64,000 nt of DNA, from assembly GCF_006345805.1 (NCBI RefSeq), contig NC_043003.1, positions 6,200,001 to 6,264,000 of the forward strand. Reading direction: 5' to 3'. The stretch is from Octopus sinensis. Its lineage: Eukaryota. A program made the translations under genes and the position numbers. The notes beneath the pieces were generated by a model that saw only the letters and a list, made by a program, of their open reading frames with translations, ran no database searches and was not told the origin of the DNA. Below, piece after piece: positions 1 to 13,689 of this stretch. The stretch's first letter is position 1. Every line of letters starts with the position of its first letter.

Positions 1-4
1 TAGA

Positions 5-94
<90 letters not shown>

Positions 95-110
95 GTATGT
101 ATATATATAC

Positions 111-144
<34 letters not shown>

Positions 145-238
145 ATATACATATATTATATATGTATATATATGTATGTATATATACATACATATATATA
201 TATATATCCACACACGTGTATATGTGTATAAACCCATG

Positions 239-271
<33 letters not shown>

Positions 272-388
272 CATATATATATATATATACGTATATATAT
301 GTATGTATATAAATATACATATATATATATCATGGGTTTATACACATATACACGTGTGTGTAGATAGATAGATAGATAGATAGATAGA

Positions 389-434
<46 letters not shown>

Positions 435-576
435 GGGTAGATGGATAGATATGAATACACACATTGACGTGTGTAGCCTATTAAAATAAACGTAAATAAA
501 GCTTTACAAGTTTACATACTTGGTTTCACATATATGTAAATCTAAGTGTGTGTTCGCATGTGAGTGTTCGTGTGGG

Positions 577-656
<80 letters not shown>

Positions 657-960
657 CGTGTGGGTATATGTGTATGTGTATGTGAGTGTGTGTGTGTGTG
701 TATATGTGTGTGTTCGTGTGGGTATATGTGTGTGTGTGTGTGTGTGTATGTGTGTGTCCGTGTGGGTATATGTGTGTGTGTATGTGAGTGTGTATGTGTG
801 TGTGTGTATGTGTGTGTCCGTCCGTATATATTTGTAGTTATATTTGTGTGGATATATATATATATATATATATAGTATATATATATATATATATGAAGAT
901 ATGTATATGTAGACATACATACACAGAGAAAAGGGGGAGAGAGAGAGAGAGAAGCAGAAA
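1..960. repeat. Compound microsatellite block (TA)n/(TAGA)n/(TG)n/(GA)n
   Basis: Visible dinucleotide and tetranucleotide arrays; they explain the YIYI/VCVC ORFs. Confidence 0.97.
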
Positions 961-1495
961 TACAGACAGACAGACAGACAGGCAGACAGACAGCTCTGTA
1001 TAGATGTTTGTGTTTATACAGTAATATTTGTGTATGTGACATCTGAGAGTCGTTGGAGGAGGTTGAGATTATTGTGTTTGGATGAATATTTTATTCCATT
1101 TCATTCCGTTCCTATGAATGGCCGTTGCTTTAACGTAAGCCAGCATTTGCACCTTCGTTTCTCTCCCCTCCTTAATTAAGTCTCAATGTGACATCTGCCA
1201 GAATTTGGAACCACTTTCACTGCGACTGTCGTGATTCGATTACTGAACGTAATTGTGTCAAGCCTCGATGTCAGGCGGGTCTCTGCAGCTCGCAGTTCTT
1301 CGTTTCATTTGTATTTAGTGAAGAGTAAGAGTGGTAGGTGAGAACGTATAGAGAGAGAGAGGAAGGAGGAGAGGAGTGAAAGAAAGGAAAAGATGAAAGA
1401 GGGGAAAGAGGATGAACGAGGGGAGAGAGAGGTGGATGAAAGAAAGTAGAACTTTTGAACTCCTGAAGGAATTTTTTCGATGTATGTTTAAACTG

Positions 1496-1539
<44 letters not shown>

Positions 1540-2159
1540 TTTCTCCCTCGCCTTTCTTCTCTCTGTTCTTTGTCTTAGTGTATGTATACACACACACACA
1601 CCACACACACACACACACACCACACACACAAATAATGCAGCTTTTAAACCAATAAGGAAAGTAGAACTCGATGACTGGTGTATATTTTATTTATTTATAT
1701 ATATCAACCCAGCATTTTAGAGAGAGGAGAGGAAGGAGGAGCGACAGAGAGAGTAAAATCGAATTTATTTCTTGATACAAAGCTACTCCGAGTTTCTCAA
1801 ACTCATTCATGGAATAAAAGAATGGTCAAATTTAAGTCCCAGGTCACGAAGCCCGTATATCTTCTACAGGTCAGTTTGGATCAGTTGGCATTGCTGGGGT
1901 TACTGTAGAACTCCCAGCAGCGCCGACCTGTTTGTGGAACTGGATATAGTCTCTACAGGACTGGGCAATCTTCGTAGACACTTAAAGAGATTTGGGTAGA
2001 CACCCTATGGAATCCTGCTTTTTACTATATATGTGCTAGCTGTTCCTTAACCCCTACTGAATCCTAATAAAGCAAACGTATCAGCCTTGTGAGTCCAACC
2101 GTGACACTATCGCCTTCAGATGTAATACAGTCCTTAACTGCAACATCCTGTGGTTGTCA

Positions 2160-2471
2160 GCTGTTGCTGTTGAGCGAAGCGGTCTTCGTCCCTGTAGTGG
2201 GAGAAGTCCGAAACGTGGTCCTTTGCTATTCGTAAGACCCACAGAAAAGAAAGCAGGTCAACCCCCGACACCGAGAGCATCGACGGATGGATGAATGCAC
2301 ATCCAGGCTCAGCGGTTGCGTAGGAAGTCGGGGACAAGAAACAGGAAGAAAGAGTGAGAGAAAGTTGGGGCGAAAGAGTACAACAGGGGTCACCACCACC
2401 CCCTACCGGAGCCTCGTGTAGCTTTAGCTGTTTTCGTTCAATAAACACACACAACGCCCGGTCTGGGAATC
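2160..2471 (-). mobile_element. tRNA-derived SINE (family 1, OR-type octopus SINE-like), 5'-truncated
   Basis: Near-identical to the full copy at 36905-37275; shares the body motif ctctttcgccccaactttctctc with the copies at 5295 and 30555. Confidence 0.85.
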
Positions 2472-2618
2472 AAAATGGAACTACAACTGTAACATCCTAC
2501 ATATATTTTTATTTTTATTTTTCTCTTATTTCCCTTTATACTTACTATATTCCTCCTTTTCCAAAATAATTCCTTATACTGAACTCTACTATTTCCCTCT
2601 AGTTAACTCTCTCAAATC

Positions 2619-2666
2619 GTCTCTGATGAAGGGACATCCCTAATATTCCAGAAACAGCTGTAAGAC
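2619..2666 (+). ncRNA. Minimal type I hammerhead ribozyme, intact core, in a PLE-type terminal repeat (about 2483-2730)
   Basis: gtct-CTGATGA(2623-29)-a-GGGA..TTCC-a-GAAAC-agct-GTA-agac; stem I gtct/agac; palindromic stem III ACAGCTGT; predicted cleavage after 2662. Confidence 0.8.
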
Positions 2667-2906
2667 TAACTTTCTCCTTATAGATGTCCTATAAATTCCA
2701 TACAGTTTTGGATTTGTTGTCTCATTTTATTTAACATATACATGCTCACACAAGACCCGCATTTGTATTATTATCGAAACGAAAGTCTAACAACGGTCCT
2801 CCTGTAGCACTTACATAGCCTTACCTGCCATCTTGGGTCTTCTGGATGTCAATACCTCTTACGCACACACATAAAGAACATGGACTTCACGAGTTTCTTT
2901 ATTATT

Positions 2907-3006
2907 CACTACGATCGTTTCGACTTAATCATGAAGCGGTGTCTCGCGAGTGAGATACTATACAAACAGTTGTGGTGCATTAAAGGTGCGAATGTCTCAT
3001 CAGGCG
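2907..3006 (-). ncRNA. Type I hammerhead ribozyme with long stem II insert, intact core
   Basis: Minus strand: cgc-CTGATGA-GAC..69 nt..GTC-GAAAC-gatc-GTA-gtg; perfect palindromic stem III ACGATCGT. Confidence 0.75.
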
Positions 3007-3209
3007 TTTTGTCAAAGGGTTCTTCGCACTTTAATCTTCGCTTATTTCTATAATAAAATATTTTGGTAGGTGTAGAAATTGGTTACTAATGTAGAAATCA
3101 CCCCAAGAGGCATATATCTCCATGCTGCTGACATCAGGGGACCGAATACTGTGAACAGGCTTTAAACGGCATACTATAAGGTGTATACCCGAATATAAAA
3201 TTATTACTC

Positions 3210-3240
<31 letters not shown>

Positions 3241-3251
3241 TGTATGTATGT

Positions 3252-3346
<95 letters not shown>

Positions 3347-3527
3347 CTATATATATATATATATAATATATATATATATACATATATATAAATTAGAAAA
3401 GAACACCATTTATCAATTCAAAATGAACAATTAAATTACACCATCTAGAAAATTACAAATAATAGAAATATTAAAATTAAAATAATAATATACCGATGAT
3501 TAAGTAAATCGCAAAATAATAATAATG

Positions 3528-3592
<65 letters not shown>

Positions 3593-4656
3593 TTTTTTTT
3601 ATAATATATTATATTATGTGAAATTTGATTAAGTATTTCTAAATTGAATTTTTCCCTGTAAGTTAGGATTAATATTCCCTCAAATAATTATATATATATA
3701 TATATAAATATATATATATGCGCGCACACATACTCACACATTCATATATGCTTCTCTTACAATAGAGAACAACCAGCAGTGCTGATGTCTCAGTGTTTCA
3801 AAAACACTAAAAACAAGAGACATTTCTATTGTATTCATCTTCGGTGAATGTTCGAAAGTCGTCATTTCATTTTATCGTCTGCAATAGAGATCCGCCATTT
3901 CGATGTTTTCAAATCATTTCACAAAATGCTTTTCTGCGATTTTTTTAATGGTTTCAAGTCCCATATATTTCAGTCACAAACTGGAATGTTTCTAATTAAT
4001 TATTTGAACACTAATTGCTGCTCAGTGCAAAATGACATTCAATACCCACTAATTAGAATCCTCCATTGATACTAAATGTTTGTTGATCAGGCTAATCAAA
4101 CATCGATCACTGATACCAATAATCAATAGTTCCTTTGTTGTTATTGTTTAACACCAGGTCATCTTTGACCAGACAGTCTATGATGGACAGTCAATCCAAA
4201 TATGTCCATTCCGTTCATTCATTCACCGTTTATCTACGACTGCATTATCTGATGTATTCCTCCTTTTTGAAGACGGCAGATTGTGGTTTAAGGGAGATTT
4301 GGTTGCTATTTTCAACAGGTTAAATGATTGCGTAAAGGCCGCCTAACAGACAGGTATTGTTGCTATTGCTGTGGCTGTTGTTTTATTGCAATTTGGTGTG
4401 GTATACACCTAATCTACCTGTAATTGCCAATGTCACATTGATCATATCCAAGTTATCTGCCTCACATGTACTTCAAATCCGATCTATTCGAAGAAGAGTC
4501 AAGATCTGGTTCTCATGGCGGCAACAATGAGAAGGCAAGTTTAGAACCGGGGGCGGAGGACTCAAATACATAACTGGCAGAAAAGGAAACCCTGATTAAT
4601 CACATCCATTTATTTAAATGAGTTTTCCCACGACCCCCTTTTAATATGCTTATCCT

Positions 4657-4688
<32 letters not shown>

Positions 4689-4797
4689 TACGGATTCAAT
4701 CGTCTACTTAGTTTTACCCTATGCTCACTTTCCCCCCACTATTTGATGACGCCGGGTCAAAAGTGGAGGCTGGTGGCATTTGATAAATCTAACGAAG

Positions 4798-4858
4798 ATG
4801 GTGCTGAAGAAAGACTTAAGGCAATTTCTCGCCTACGATCTAGAAACATGTTCACCAT
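4798..4858 (+). ncRNA. Minimal type I hammerhead ribozyme, intact core
   Basis: atggtg-CTGAAGA(4804-10)-a-AGA..TCT-a-GAAAC-at-GTT-caccat; 6-bp stem I; palindromic stem III AACATGTT; inner hairpin aggc/gcct. Confidence 0.8.
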
Positions 4859-5084
4859 TAACGGTAAGGCATTGTTTTCGTTTATTTACTCCTCCTATTT
4901 TGTGTATGTGAATTGCAGGGTTATGTCGTATATGGAGCCCCCACTTGTAGAAAATGGAAATAAACAGTCTCTGACTGCTATTTCTAATTCTTTCGGTATG
5001 CGGCAGAGCAACCTGTTGCCTGTCCTTTTATTTACATATATATATATCTGTAAATGTAATATGTGACAATTATTCGGTAGCCAT

Positions 5085-5145
5085 GATAAAACTTCAAGTT
5101 TCGGATGCCGAGGTGGATAACCACGCCGCCATCTCTTCAGTTATC
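5085..5145 (-). ncRNA. Type I hammerhead ribozyme, intact core
   Basis: Minus strand: gataa-CTGAAGA-GATG..gtgg-ttat-ccac..CATC-c-GAAAC-ttgaa-GTT-ttatc; 5-bp stem I; near-palindromic stem III ACTTGAAGT. Confidence 0.75.
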
Positions 5146-5266
5146 CGGCCATCGAAAAAAATGCTATGAAAAATGACCGTTATACCTTATAAATTCCTCT
5201 ATTTACATAATATCGAGGTCTCTTTCATTCTTTTGTTGTCTTACCATTTTTATCAATATATATGTG

Positions 5267-5294
<28 letters not shown>

Positions 5295-5297
<3 letters not shown>

Positions 5298-5597
5298 GCG
5301 CAATGACCCAGTGGTTAGGGCAGCGGACTCGCGGTCGGAGGGGCGCGGTTTCGATTCCCACCTAGACCAGGCGTTGTGTGTGTTTATTGCGCGAAAACAC
5401 CTAAATCTCAACGAGGCTCCAGCAGGGGCTGATAGCGACCCTTGTTGTACTCTTTCGCCCCAACTTTCTCTCTCTTTCTTCCTGTTTCTTGAGTAACGCA
5501 GCGATGGACTGGCGTCCCGTCCAACTGGGGAGAACACATACGCCATGGAAACCGGGAAAGCGAACCCATGAGCCTGGCTAGGCTTGAAAAGGGCGCA

Positions 5598-5632
<35 letters not shown>

Positions 5633-5633
5633 A
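5295..5633 (+). mobile_element. tRNA-derived SINE (family 1)
   Basis: Pol III A-box-like cagtggttagg, B-box-like gtttcgattccc, shared body, (AAAT)n tail. Confidence 0.88.
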
Positions 5634-5640
5634 TATATAG

Positions 5641-5800
5641 CAGTGAGGGATTGGTTAATTATTCCATAATCGTAGGGGAAAATTTTTTCATCTCTAATGA
5701 AATATATATATATATGAAATTTTCAATTTAGTTCACAGACCCCCATACTTACCATTGCAGACTACCAGAGGACCGCGGACCCTAGGCTGGGAACCACTGT
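5641..5800. mobile_element. Possible hAT-type non-autonomous remnant
   Basis: Right end reads cagtggttccca on the minus strand, like hAT/Charlie TIRs; the other end is unclear. Confidence 0.25.
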
Positions 5801-6665
5801 TCCAGAGTGTTACCTTGATGTGACAGACAACTTTACAAGTATCCATCATGGACATCTTCTTTCAGATTAACTGTATAGTTGTATGTATTTTGGTCAAGCG
5901 AATTTAGGATGTGAAAGTCATACTTTTGTCATGCTGTTTTGTGCTACCGTGATCGACCATCAGAGTGGCGCATACCAACTTCGGTTTTTGCCATCCAGTC
6001 TTTGCGAATAACTGTCAGACGGGTAAACATATGACATTTCTTTCGTATTTTTATAAGAATTTTTCATCTAGATAATGATAAAATGTTTGTTAAAGGTAAC
6101 ACAGACATTCAATAACGTATGCCTCATATCAGGCGTAGGTTATGAATGCTGAAGAAGATACAATGAGATGGCGTGACCTCTCCACATAACTGTCGACGTA
6201 CCCTAAGTAATTTTTCTTCAATTTATGCAAACATAGTGTAGTATTTTGGCTTGTTGTTAATATTTCATTCTAAAGCGTAACTATTGTTTGCAGCGGTCTT
6301 ATGTCCATCGGATTGCTTGGCTAACAATGTTTGATCTTCTATCCTCAATACATCTGCATTAAACGCAATACATTTTTTATACGGTTGTTCATGATAAACA
6401 AAAGACTGATGATCACAGGAACTTTTTAGACCAAACGTCTCCTTGATCCAGGACACACAGCTACACAACTACAACAACAGATTTTTAACAGGAACGCTCG
6501 CCACCAACGGTGATGATGTTTCACCAAGTAGAATATCTCATTCTTTCCATTTTTAATTTTCTCTCTTTACTCTAATTCTACCAATCTTGCGTATTCTTCA
6601 AACAATATATCCTACTTTAGCTGAACTGAAGCCTAACGTGACATCATAGCCTCCAGTCTCTCTTT

Positions 6666-6709
<44 letters not shown>

Positions 6710-7009
6710 CCTCTCTCATTACTTGTCCACCATTTTCAAAACCATACATCTAAATAGTCACAATATCATTATTAGTTTTCACATTTAATAATTGCTTAAT
6801 TAAATTTAACCTTGCAAAATTCTGGAAAATGTAAGAATGCGTGTTCGTCCGCGTGCACGAGAATGTGTGTACAAGTACATCCATATACCTTTCTCTCTTT
6901 CTCTCTCTCTCGCTCCCTCGTTCTGTCCCTCTCTCTTTCTCTCTCTCGTTCTCTCCCTCTCTCTCTTTCTCTCTCTTTATCTCCTGTATATGTATTTCTT
7001 TTTTGACCT

Positions 7010-7065
7010 TACGATAGAACACCCGCCATGTTTACAGGAGATCTGGGTGCGATTCCCACGGACAG
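7010..7065 (+). pseudogene. Decayed tRNA-like/SINE head
   Basis: gatagaacacccgcc...ggagatctgggtgcgattccc resembles the D-arm to T-arm span of a tRNA; no complete cloverleaf. Confidence 0.25.
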
Positions 7066-7331
7066 TCTTCGACTTTTGCTATCCAAGGCTTATTTTAAAC
7101 CGAATATTTTCACGCTATTATTTATAGCTTTATCTACTTCGAAGTTCACTGTTCCGAAAATATATACATATGTGTGTGTGTGTGTGTGTGTAAATATATA
7201 TATATACACTCATCTGCAAACATGCTTCTATATACAAAGAATGTCATATATGCACATAGTTATATATACAAGTAAAAGAATCAGTAAAGGAAAGCGAAAC
7301 TAATTCATATATCTATCTATCTATCTATCTA

Positions 7332-7402
<71 letters not shown>

Positions 7403-7405
7403 TAC

Positions 7406-7447
<42 letters not shown>

Positions 7448-7597
7448 TAATAATAATAATAATAGGGAGTATATCCAAACTTACAGCCTAATAGTGGTTT
7501 AATCTCTAATTTAATTTATATATATATGTCTGGCAGCCGCCATGATAGATCGTTAGCCACTATACACATTTTTTCTCTCCTTGTTTTTTCGGTGTCC

Positions 7598-7633
7598 CTT
7601 TCTGTAGAAGAGCGTAGGCTCGAAACGTAAAAG
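7598..7633 (+). ncRNA. Hammerhead-like motif with variant core CUGUAGA, in a PLE-type terminal repeat (about 7530-7725)
   Basis: cttt-CTGTAGA-a-GAGC-gtag-GCTC-GAAAC-GTA-aaag; all stems intact, A6 replaced by U. Confidence 0.65.
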
Positions 7634-7759
7634 ACTTTTTCAATTCCTGAGCGTTATACTAATACATCTGTTTATTTTGTACACCACCTGTCATCGTCTT
7701 TTGTTTTTTTCGTAAGCTATCCCTATATATATATATATAGGTGTAATATATGCTTCAAC

Positions 7760-9340
7760 CAAAGCACAGTTGTAGGTAGCTTATCTGGTATTCCTTGAAG
7801 AAATTTGTCCAGATTCCGTTTAAAGGTGATGGGATCCTTTTCCTCTTTGATCAGTTTAGGAACAATGTTAAATAGGGCAGGGCCTTTTGACGAAAGGAAA
7901 TTATGTTGCAGTGTACCTATATGCTGTGATCCTGAATTGGGCAGGGGACGTATGGCCTGTGGTCCCAGCCTTGGATGAACCTTGAAGCTAATGTTCAGGT
8001 CGTTTGGGCAATGCCGGCGGTATATTCTCCACATCGTACAAATGATGTACCGCTCGCGGCGGCGCTGGAGAGAGTAGAGTTTCAAGGCTTTAAGGCGATC
8101 CCAATAATCGAGAGCAGCCATGCCTTCAATTCGTTTAGTGAGTGCCCTCTGGGGTGATTCAATCCTTGAGATGTTTTGTTTTGTATGGGGAGACCACAAA
8201 GGACAGCAGTATTCGAGGTGTGGCCGTACAAAGGAGGAGAAAAGTGGTATGATGACACCTTGTTCTCTGGACCGGAAAGTTCTTAAGATCCAGGAACTCA
8301 TCCTACGAGCTATATCGACCTTCTTGTTGATGTGTGCATTCCAACTGAGATCGTCATCAACAATTACACCCAGGTCTCGGATATTTTTAGAGGCTGTGAG
8401 CGGTTCCCCTGAAGGAAGAGAGTATGGCTGTTTTAGTGAGGAATTTCTTCCAAAATGCATCAGCTCAAATTTTCCCTCGTTCAGTTGCATTTTGTTTCTG
8501 TCTGCCTATTGACTCACGGCATATAGATCAGACTGGAGTTGAGTTCGGTCTGCTTCTTCATTGACGGTTTGCTGGAGCTTCGTGTCATCAGCAAATATTT
8601 TCACTTTGCAGTGTTTTACGACGCTGGAAAGGTCGTTTATATAGATTATAAAGAGGAGTGGGCCCAAAACAGTCCCCTGAAGGACACCACTGGTAACTTT
8701 TGCTGGGCTTGAGTGGACTCCATCAACCACAACATATTGTGTTCTATTCGCCAGGAAATACTCAATCCAGTGTAGAAGTTTTCCACGGATTCCAATATTT
8801 GCCAATTTTGAGAGTAAGATATTATGGTCAACCCTGTCGAACGCATTACTGAAGTCAAGATATATGACATCAGAGTTCGAACCTATTCCCAACGCTTTAA
8901 GTATATCTTCAATGTGGTGTAAGAGCTGTGTAAGGCAGTCCCTGCCACAGCGAAAGACATGCTGATTTGCATTTAGGAGTTTGTGGATCTCCGAAGAAGC
9001 TATCTATCCTTCATCTTATCACTCTTTCAAACACTTTAATGATGTTGGAGGTGAGTGAGATTGGGCGATAGTTGACTGCGATGCATCTGTTTCCCTGTTT
9101 GAAAACCGGGATGACAGAGTTGGTTAGGAGCTGAGTCTAAAGAATTTCTCCAGAGATTGGTCAGAGGGACTGCAAGTTGGTGCCTACATTCCTTCAGGAG
9201 ACTAGCGGTGAATCTATCAAGGCCTACAGCAGAATAGTGTTTTGAACTCATTTATTGCTGCTACGATGTCAGTGGCAGTGAAGGTTATGTCCGAGATTTT
9301 ATGTTGGGAATCAGCCTCGTTCGCTTCTCTTACGAAGAAG
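7760..9340 (-). mobile_element. CR1-group LINE, truncated RT-encoding fragment (pseudogenised)
   Basis: ORF pieces 9036-9251, 8506-8892 and 7723-8490 contain IYLDFSNAFDRVDH, QGTVLGPLLFIIYIND, FADDTK, VRPHLEYCCPLWSP; same family as 23070-25036. Confidence 0.93.
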
Positions 9341-9346
9341 GAGAAT

Positions 9347-10341
9347 GAGAAGGGAGTGCAGCTGGTATGATAATAGTGGGATGTTAAATGGTCAAGTGAC
9401 CTAAAAGTGACTCGTTATGGATTATAGCAGTGATTGGGACTGTTTTTTAATGAATTCTTGGGAATCTCTTGAGTGTATCATTTTTGATATTTGCGTGTGT
9501 GTTTGTGTTATTCTAATGTCGTTTGTTGTAGATGCGTTCAAAAGGGGTCTTTATTTTGTAATGAAGAGAGTCTCTTTACTAATTCGTTGACTCCACACAC
9601 AACCCTCTTAACAATGAACATCCTTCAAAACATTCCCCTGCAAAAAAATGACCACAGATTGAACTGAATCCTCCAAACACACACCATCATAAAATGCAAG
9701 AGACAACCCAAATCTATGAAGTCTCCTAACACAAGCCTGAATACGCTCAACAGCACAGAAGCCGTCAGTAAAAGAATGCGGAAGACCCAACTGTGAGATA
9801 TGCGTCTATTTAATTGAGGGATCAGAGTTCTCCTTCAAACAGGGACAACGTTTCACAGTGAAAAGCAGCTTCACATGTCCTTCGTAGAACCTTATATACA
9901 CACTAACCTGCTCTGAGTCTCAAGAGCAATACATAGGCCAAACAAAAAACAGTCTTTGTAAAAGAATGGCTCTGCACAGATCCCCAGATCAAAATTCCCC
10001 AAAACAGAAAAATAGCATCGACATTTGCGCCAATAGCAAAAATCCAAGCTTCAGAATTTTCCCCTCTACCAATTCAGGGACGATACAACCTGTAGCCAAC
10101 GAGACTCTCTTTATTACAAAATACAGACTCCTTTTCAACGCATCTACAATAAGCAACATATCCACCACGGCCTTAGAATAACACAAACATACACGTAAAT
10201 ATTAAAAATGATACACTCAAGTGATTCCCAAGAATTCATTAAAAAACAGTCCCAATCAATGCTATGATCCATAACGAGTCACTTTTAGGTCACTTGACCA
10301 TTTAACATCCTACTACTATCATGCCAGCTGCATTCCCTTCT
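9347..10341. repeat. Long inverted repeat: 9347-9575 is the reverse complement of 10101-10341 (inverted partial PLE terminal repeat)
   Basis: gttaaatggtcaagtgacctaaaagtgactcgttatgga matches tccataacgagtcacttttaggtcacttgaccatttaac, with similarity continuing over about 230 nt. Confidence 0.88.
9620..10165 (+). mobile_element. Penelope-like element, GIY-YIG endonuclease fragment with upstream Cys cluster (Neptune-like)
   Basis: One frame gives CGRPNCEIC (9777-9803), FTCPS*NLIYTLTC, QYIGQT (YIG 9930-38), KRMALHRS; in-frame stop at 9885. Confidence 0.85.
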
Positions 10342-11081
10342 CGTGCACATGAATGTATGTGCGACTATGTATATATGTATACATGCATACAAATGTACAC
10401 ATACTTGTGTACAAATATATATGAGTATATATACATGTTAATACATACAAAAGTGGTCGCGCACAACACTTTTACAATTCAACGTAGCTAATTCAGATAC
10501 AGGGGGGAAAGAGGCGGAGAGAAAAACTGGTACCAGTAATTCCTTCGTCACCACCATCAACTTTTGAACATTACTGTTTCGAGTCTTAGAACCAGTCAGC
10601 GGGTTTCCGTGGCGTATAAATGACCGAAATCACAAGAATCTTCCCGACCGGGGAGCCAGACCGTCGCAGCTTTATTCATTTACAACTGAGAGGTCTGAAA
10701 CAACGTGGAATGAAGTGTTTTGCTCAAAAACAGAACTCATCTCCTCATCTAGGAATCGAAATTACGATCTTGAAATCATGAGGGCAACACCCAAACCACT
10801 AGGCCACATGCCTTCACCCGGTGCTTTATTTATTTACTTATCGCAAACACGGAAGAGTAAAAAAAAAGGCTAAATTCGGCGTGATTCGATCTGCTGACTT
10901 ATTTCTTTGGCCATAATGACAGTCCATTGTGACAGGCTGTTTGGTGTAATCTAATCACGTGATAACACTCCATCATATGACAGTCTTCTGGTTTAGCTTC
11001 TTCCGTTTGTTGTTTGCAGCATACAATTGGAGAATCAGTTCGCCACTGTGATCGAGCAAGAGAGGAATGAAACAAGCTTTA

Positions 11082-11630
11082 AATAATAATAATAATGAAA
11101 TTATTGTATACAGTGCTCAGGTGCACCACAACTTGTCAAAAGTGCGTATAAAGCATATGCAGTAATGTACAAATGTCTGGAAAGCGAACAGTGTATGAGT
11201 CAGATAGATGCTTGCGTGTGTGTATGGAGGGGAGAAAATCAGGTGTAGTGTTGGCGAATCTCAGGAAGCATGGAAGTTTTGAAGGATGCAGTGATCCGAC
11301 AACTAACAACTGATGCCACCAGTTTGTTCCATGCTTCAGCAACTCTTAGCGTGAAAAAATGTTTCCGAAAGTCATGGGAGCTGTGCTGTTTTCTGACTTT
11401 GTAAACATGTCCATGGGTGTTAGACAGGTGGAGTTTGAAAAGGTGCTCAGAGTTATTGTTTGTAAGATGGTTAATAATTTTATGGGTGTCTGCCAAGTCA
11501 GCTGCCAGACGTCGGAGTTTCAATGTGTCCATGCCCAGGGAAGTAATGCATTCAGAGTTTATTTGGAGACAATGTAGGGGTCAGTGTGGTCTCGCTATCA
11601 TATGGTCAGGATATGAACCAGGCTGTTAAT
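11082..11630 (-). mobile_element. CR1-type LINE 3' fragment with (AAT)n tail
   Basis: ORF 11239-11532 MDTLKLRRLAADL...HDFRKHFFTLRVAEAWNKL is a CR1 ORF2 C-terminus; near-identical to 15640-16225. Confidence 0.88.
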
Positions 11631-11794
11631 CAAGGACGACTTTGCCTTTCATCCTTGCGGGAGTCGATTAAATAAGTACCAGTTAATCACTGGGGCCCAT
11701 GTAATCGACTTAATCCCCTTGTCTTTCCTTGTTTGTCACCTGTGGGCAATAAAGGAATTAATCAACTCGATAGAACGACCACTCCACAGAAAAT

Positions 11795-12033
11795 ACCTAT
11801 TTCTTTACTACCCACAAGGGGCTAAACACAGAGAGAACAAACAAGGACAGACAAAGGGATTAAATCGATTACATCGACCCCAGTGCGTAACTGGTATTTA
11901 TTTAATCGATCCCCGAAAGGATGAAAGGCAAAGTCGACCTCGGCGGAATTTGAACTCAGAACGTAACGGCAGACGAAATACGGCTACGCATTTCGCACGG
12001 CGTGCTGACGTTTCTGCCAGCTCGCCGCCTTGA
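11795..12033 (-). mobile_element. tRNA-derived SINE (family 2)
   Basis: aggcggcgagctggcagaaacg..tgagttcaaattccgcc; homologous copies at 33811, 59938, 62101 and 63920; partial plus-strand copy at about 11632-11745. Confidence 0.85.
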
Positions 12034-13027
12034 AATACTTTGCGTGAAGAAGGGGGACTAAAGGTGGCCTGGAGCTTTTTCTCTCTACTTACATCACCTC
12101 TCGTTCTTTGCTGTAGGAGCGGAAGCGTGCATCTGATGATGAAAAGACAACAAGGAAGGAAACGTGCTCGGTGATTATTTAAATAGAGAGACCTTAACGT
12201 GTGGCCAGTGGGACAGGGGTGGGAACAAATGAATTAAAGTTGATGCTGCTGGGTTTCAGAACTTGAACATTAATTACACTAGTCTCACCAGTCATTACCG
12301 GCTCATCAGGAAAGGTTAGGTCATCCGTTGTACAGCAAGACAAAAAGTAGCTTGCAATTCCCTACCACGACAACAACAACTATTATTTCTATAACAACTA
12401 CTACCACTACAACTACTACAACAACTATAAGTAGTAACAATACTCCGGTTACCCTAAGTGTTACAACCACACATATACTACCACCTCTACCACAACTACT
12501 ACGAGTACACCTTCACTACTGCCACTGTTACAGCTACTGCACCTACTAACACCACTAACACCACCACCACCACCACCACCAACACCACCACCAACACCAA
12601 CACCACCACCACCAACAACAACAACAACAACACTAACAAGACCATCACCACCACCACCACCACCACCACAGTTTCTTCTAGTTTTACAGAAATAGACTAC
12701 ATGTTAAAATGAATGAGGAATTAAATATTTTTTCAATTTCCATGTCTTTGATTAGTTTTGCTTTTCAGTTCAGTCTAATTGCAGTGATCGTGACAATTAG
12801 ACGAGCAACTCTCACAGAAATATAGATTTTACAATATTTCACGCATCTTGCTTTTTCTCTCTCATCTTGTCTTTGTTGCTGCTGCTGTTGTTGTTGTTGT
12901 TTTCGTATGTATTTCTCTTCTTTATTCATTGTTTATGGTCTTGTTTTTTTTTTGTTTTTTTGTTGTTTATTTGTGCTCCTCGGTTGCTAGAATTTCAGTT
13001 TAGTACTGCATTTCAGAAGTAATGCAT

Positions 13028-13029
<2 letters not shown>

Positions 13030-13060
<31 letters not shown>

Positions 13061-13081
13061 TATATATACATATATGTGTAT

Positions 13082-13125
<44 letters not shown>

Positions 13126-13606
13126 TACATATATGTGTGTGTTTATATGTATATATATATATATACATACATATATGTGTGAGTTTATATATATATATTA
13201 TATATATATATATAATATATATATACATATATGTGTGTGTTTATATGTATGTATGTGCACATATATATGTACTTGTTTGTATTTATACTTATAAATATGT
13301 ATGCATATACGTATGCATCTATGTATACAAATGTTTGTCTACGGGTAGACAGATAGATAGATAGACAGAGAGAAAGAGAGAGAGAGATAGACAGACAGTG
13401 AAAGATAGATACATACATACACACACAAACGCACATATATTGAAGTGTATTTTCTTTATGTGTGAATACACACATACATATGAATGTCTGCATATGTGTA
13501 TATGTAAGAACATTCATTTAGATATGCGCACATATAAAGTCAAGGGTACGTATATGAAATTACACACACACACGCACAGATATATATATATACATATATA
13601 TATGGA

Positions 13607-13689
<83 letters not shown>

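Noticed and set aside
1772-1999. 75-aa ORF in complex sequence
   Set aside because: No recognisable domain or clear splice signals; cannot be assigned
6400-6445. CTGATGA followed by CAAACGTC
   Set aside because: G12 is missing and stems I/II do not pair; at best a decayed motif
12275-12312. Minus-strand CTGATGA-GCCGG..CTGGT-GAGAC-TA-GTG
   Set aside because: GAAA is mutated, the triplet is GUG and there is no stem I; too decayed to count
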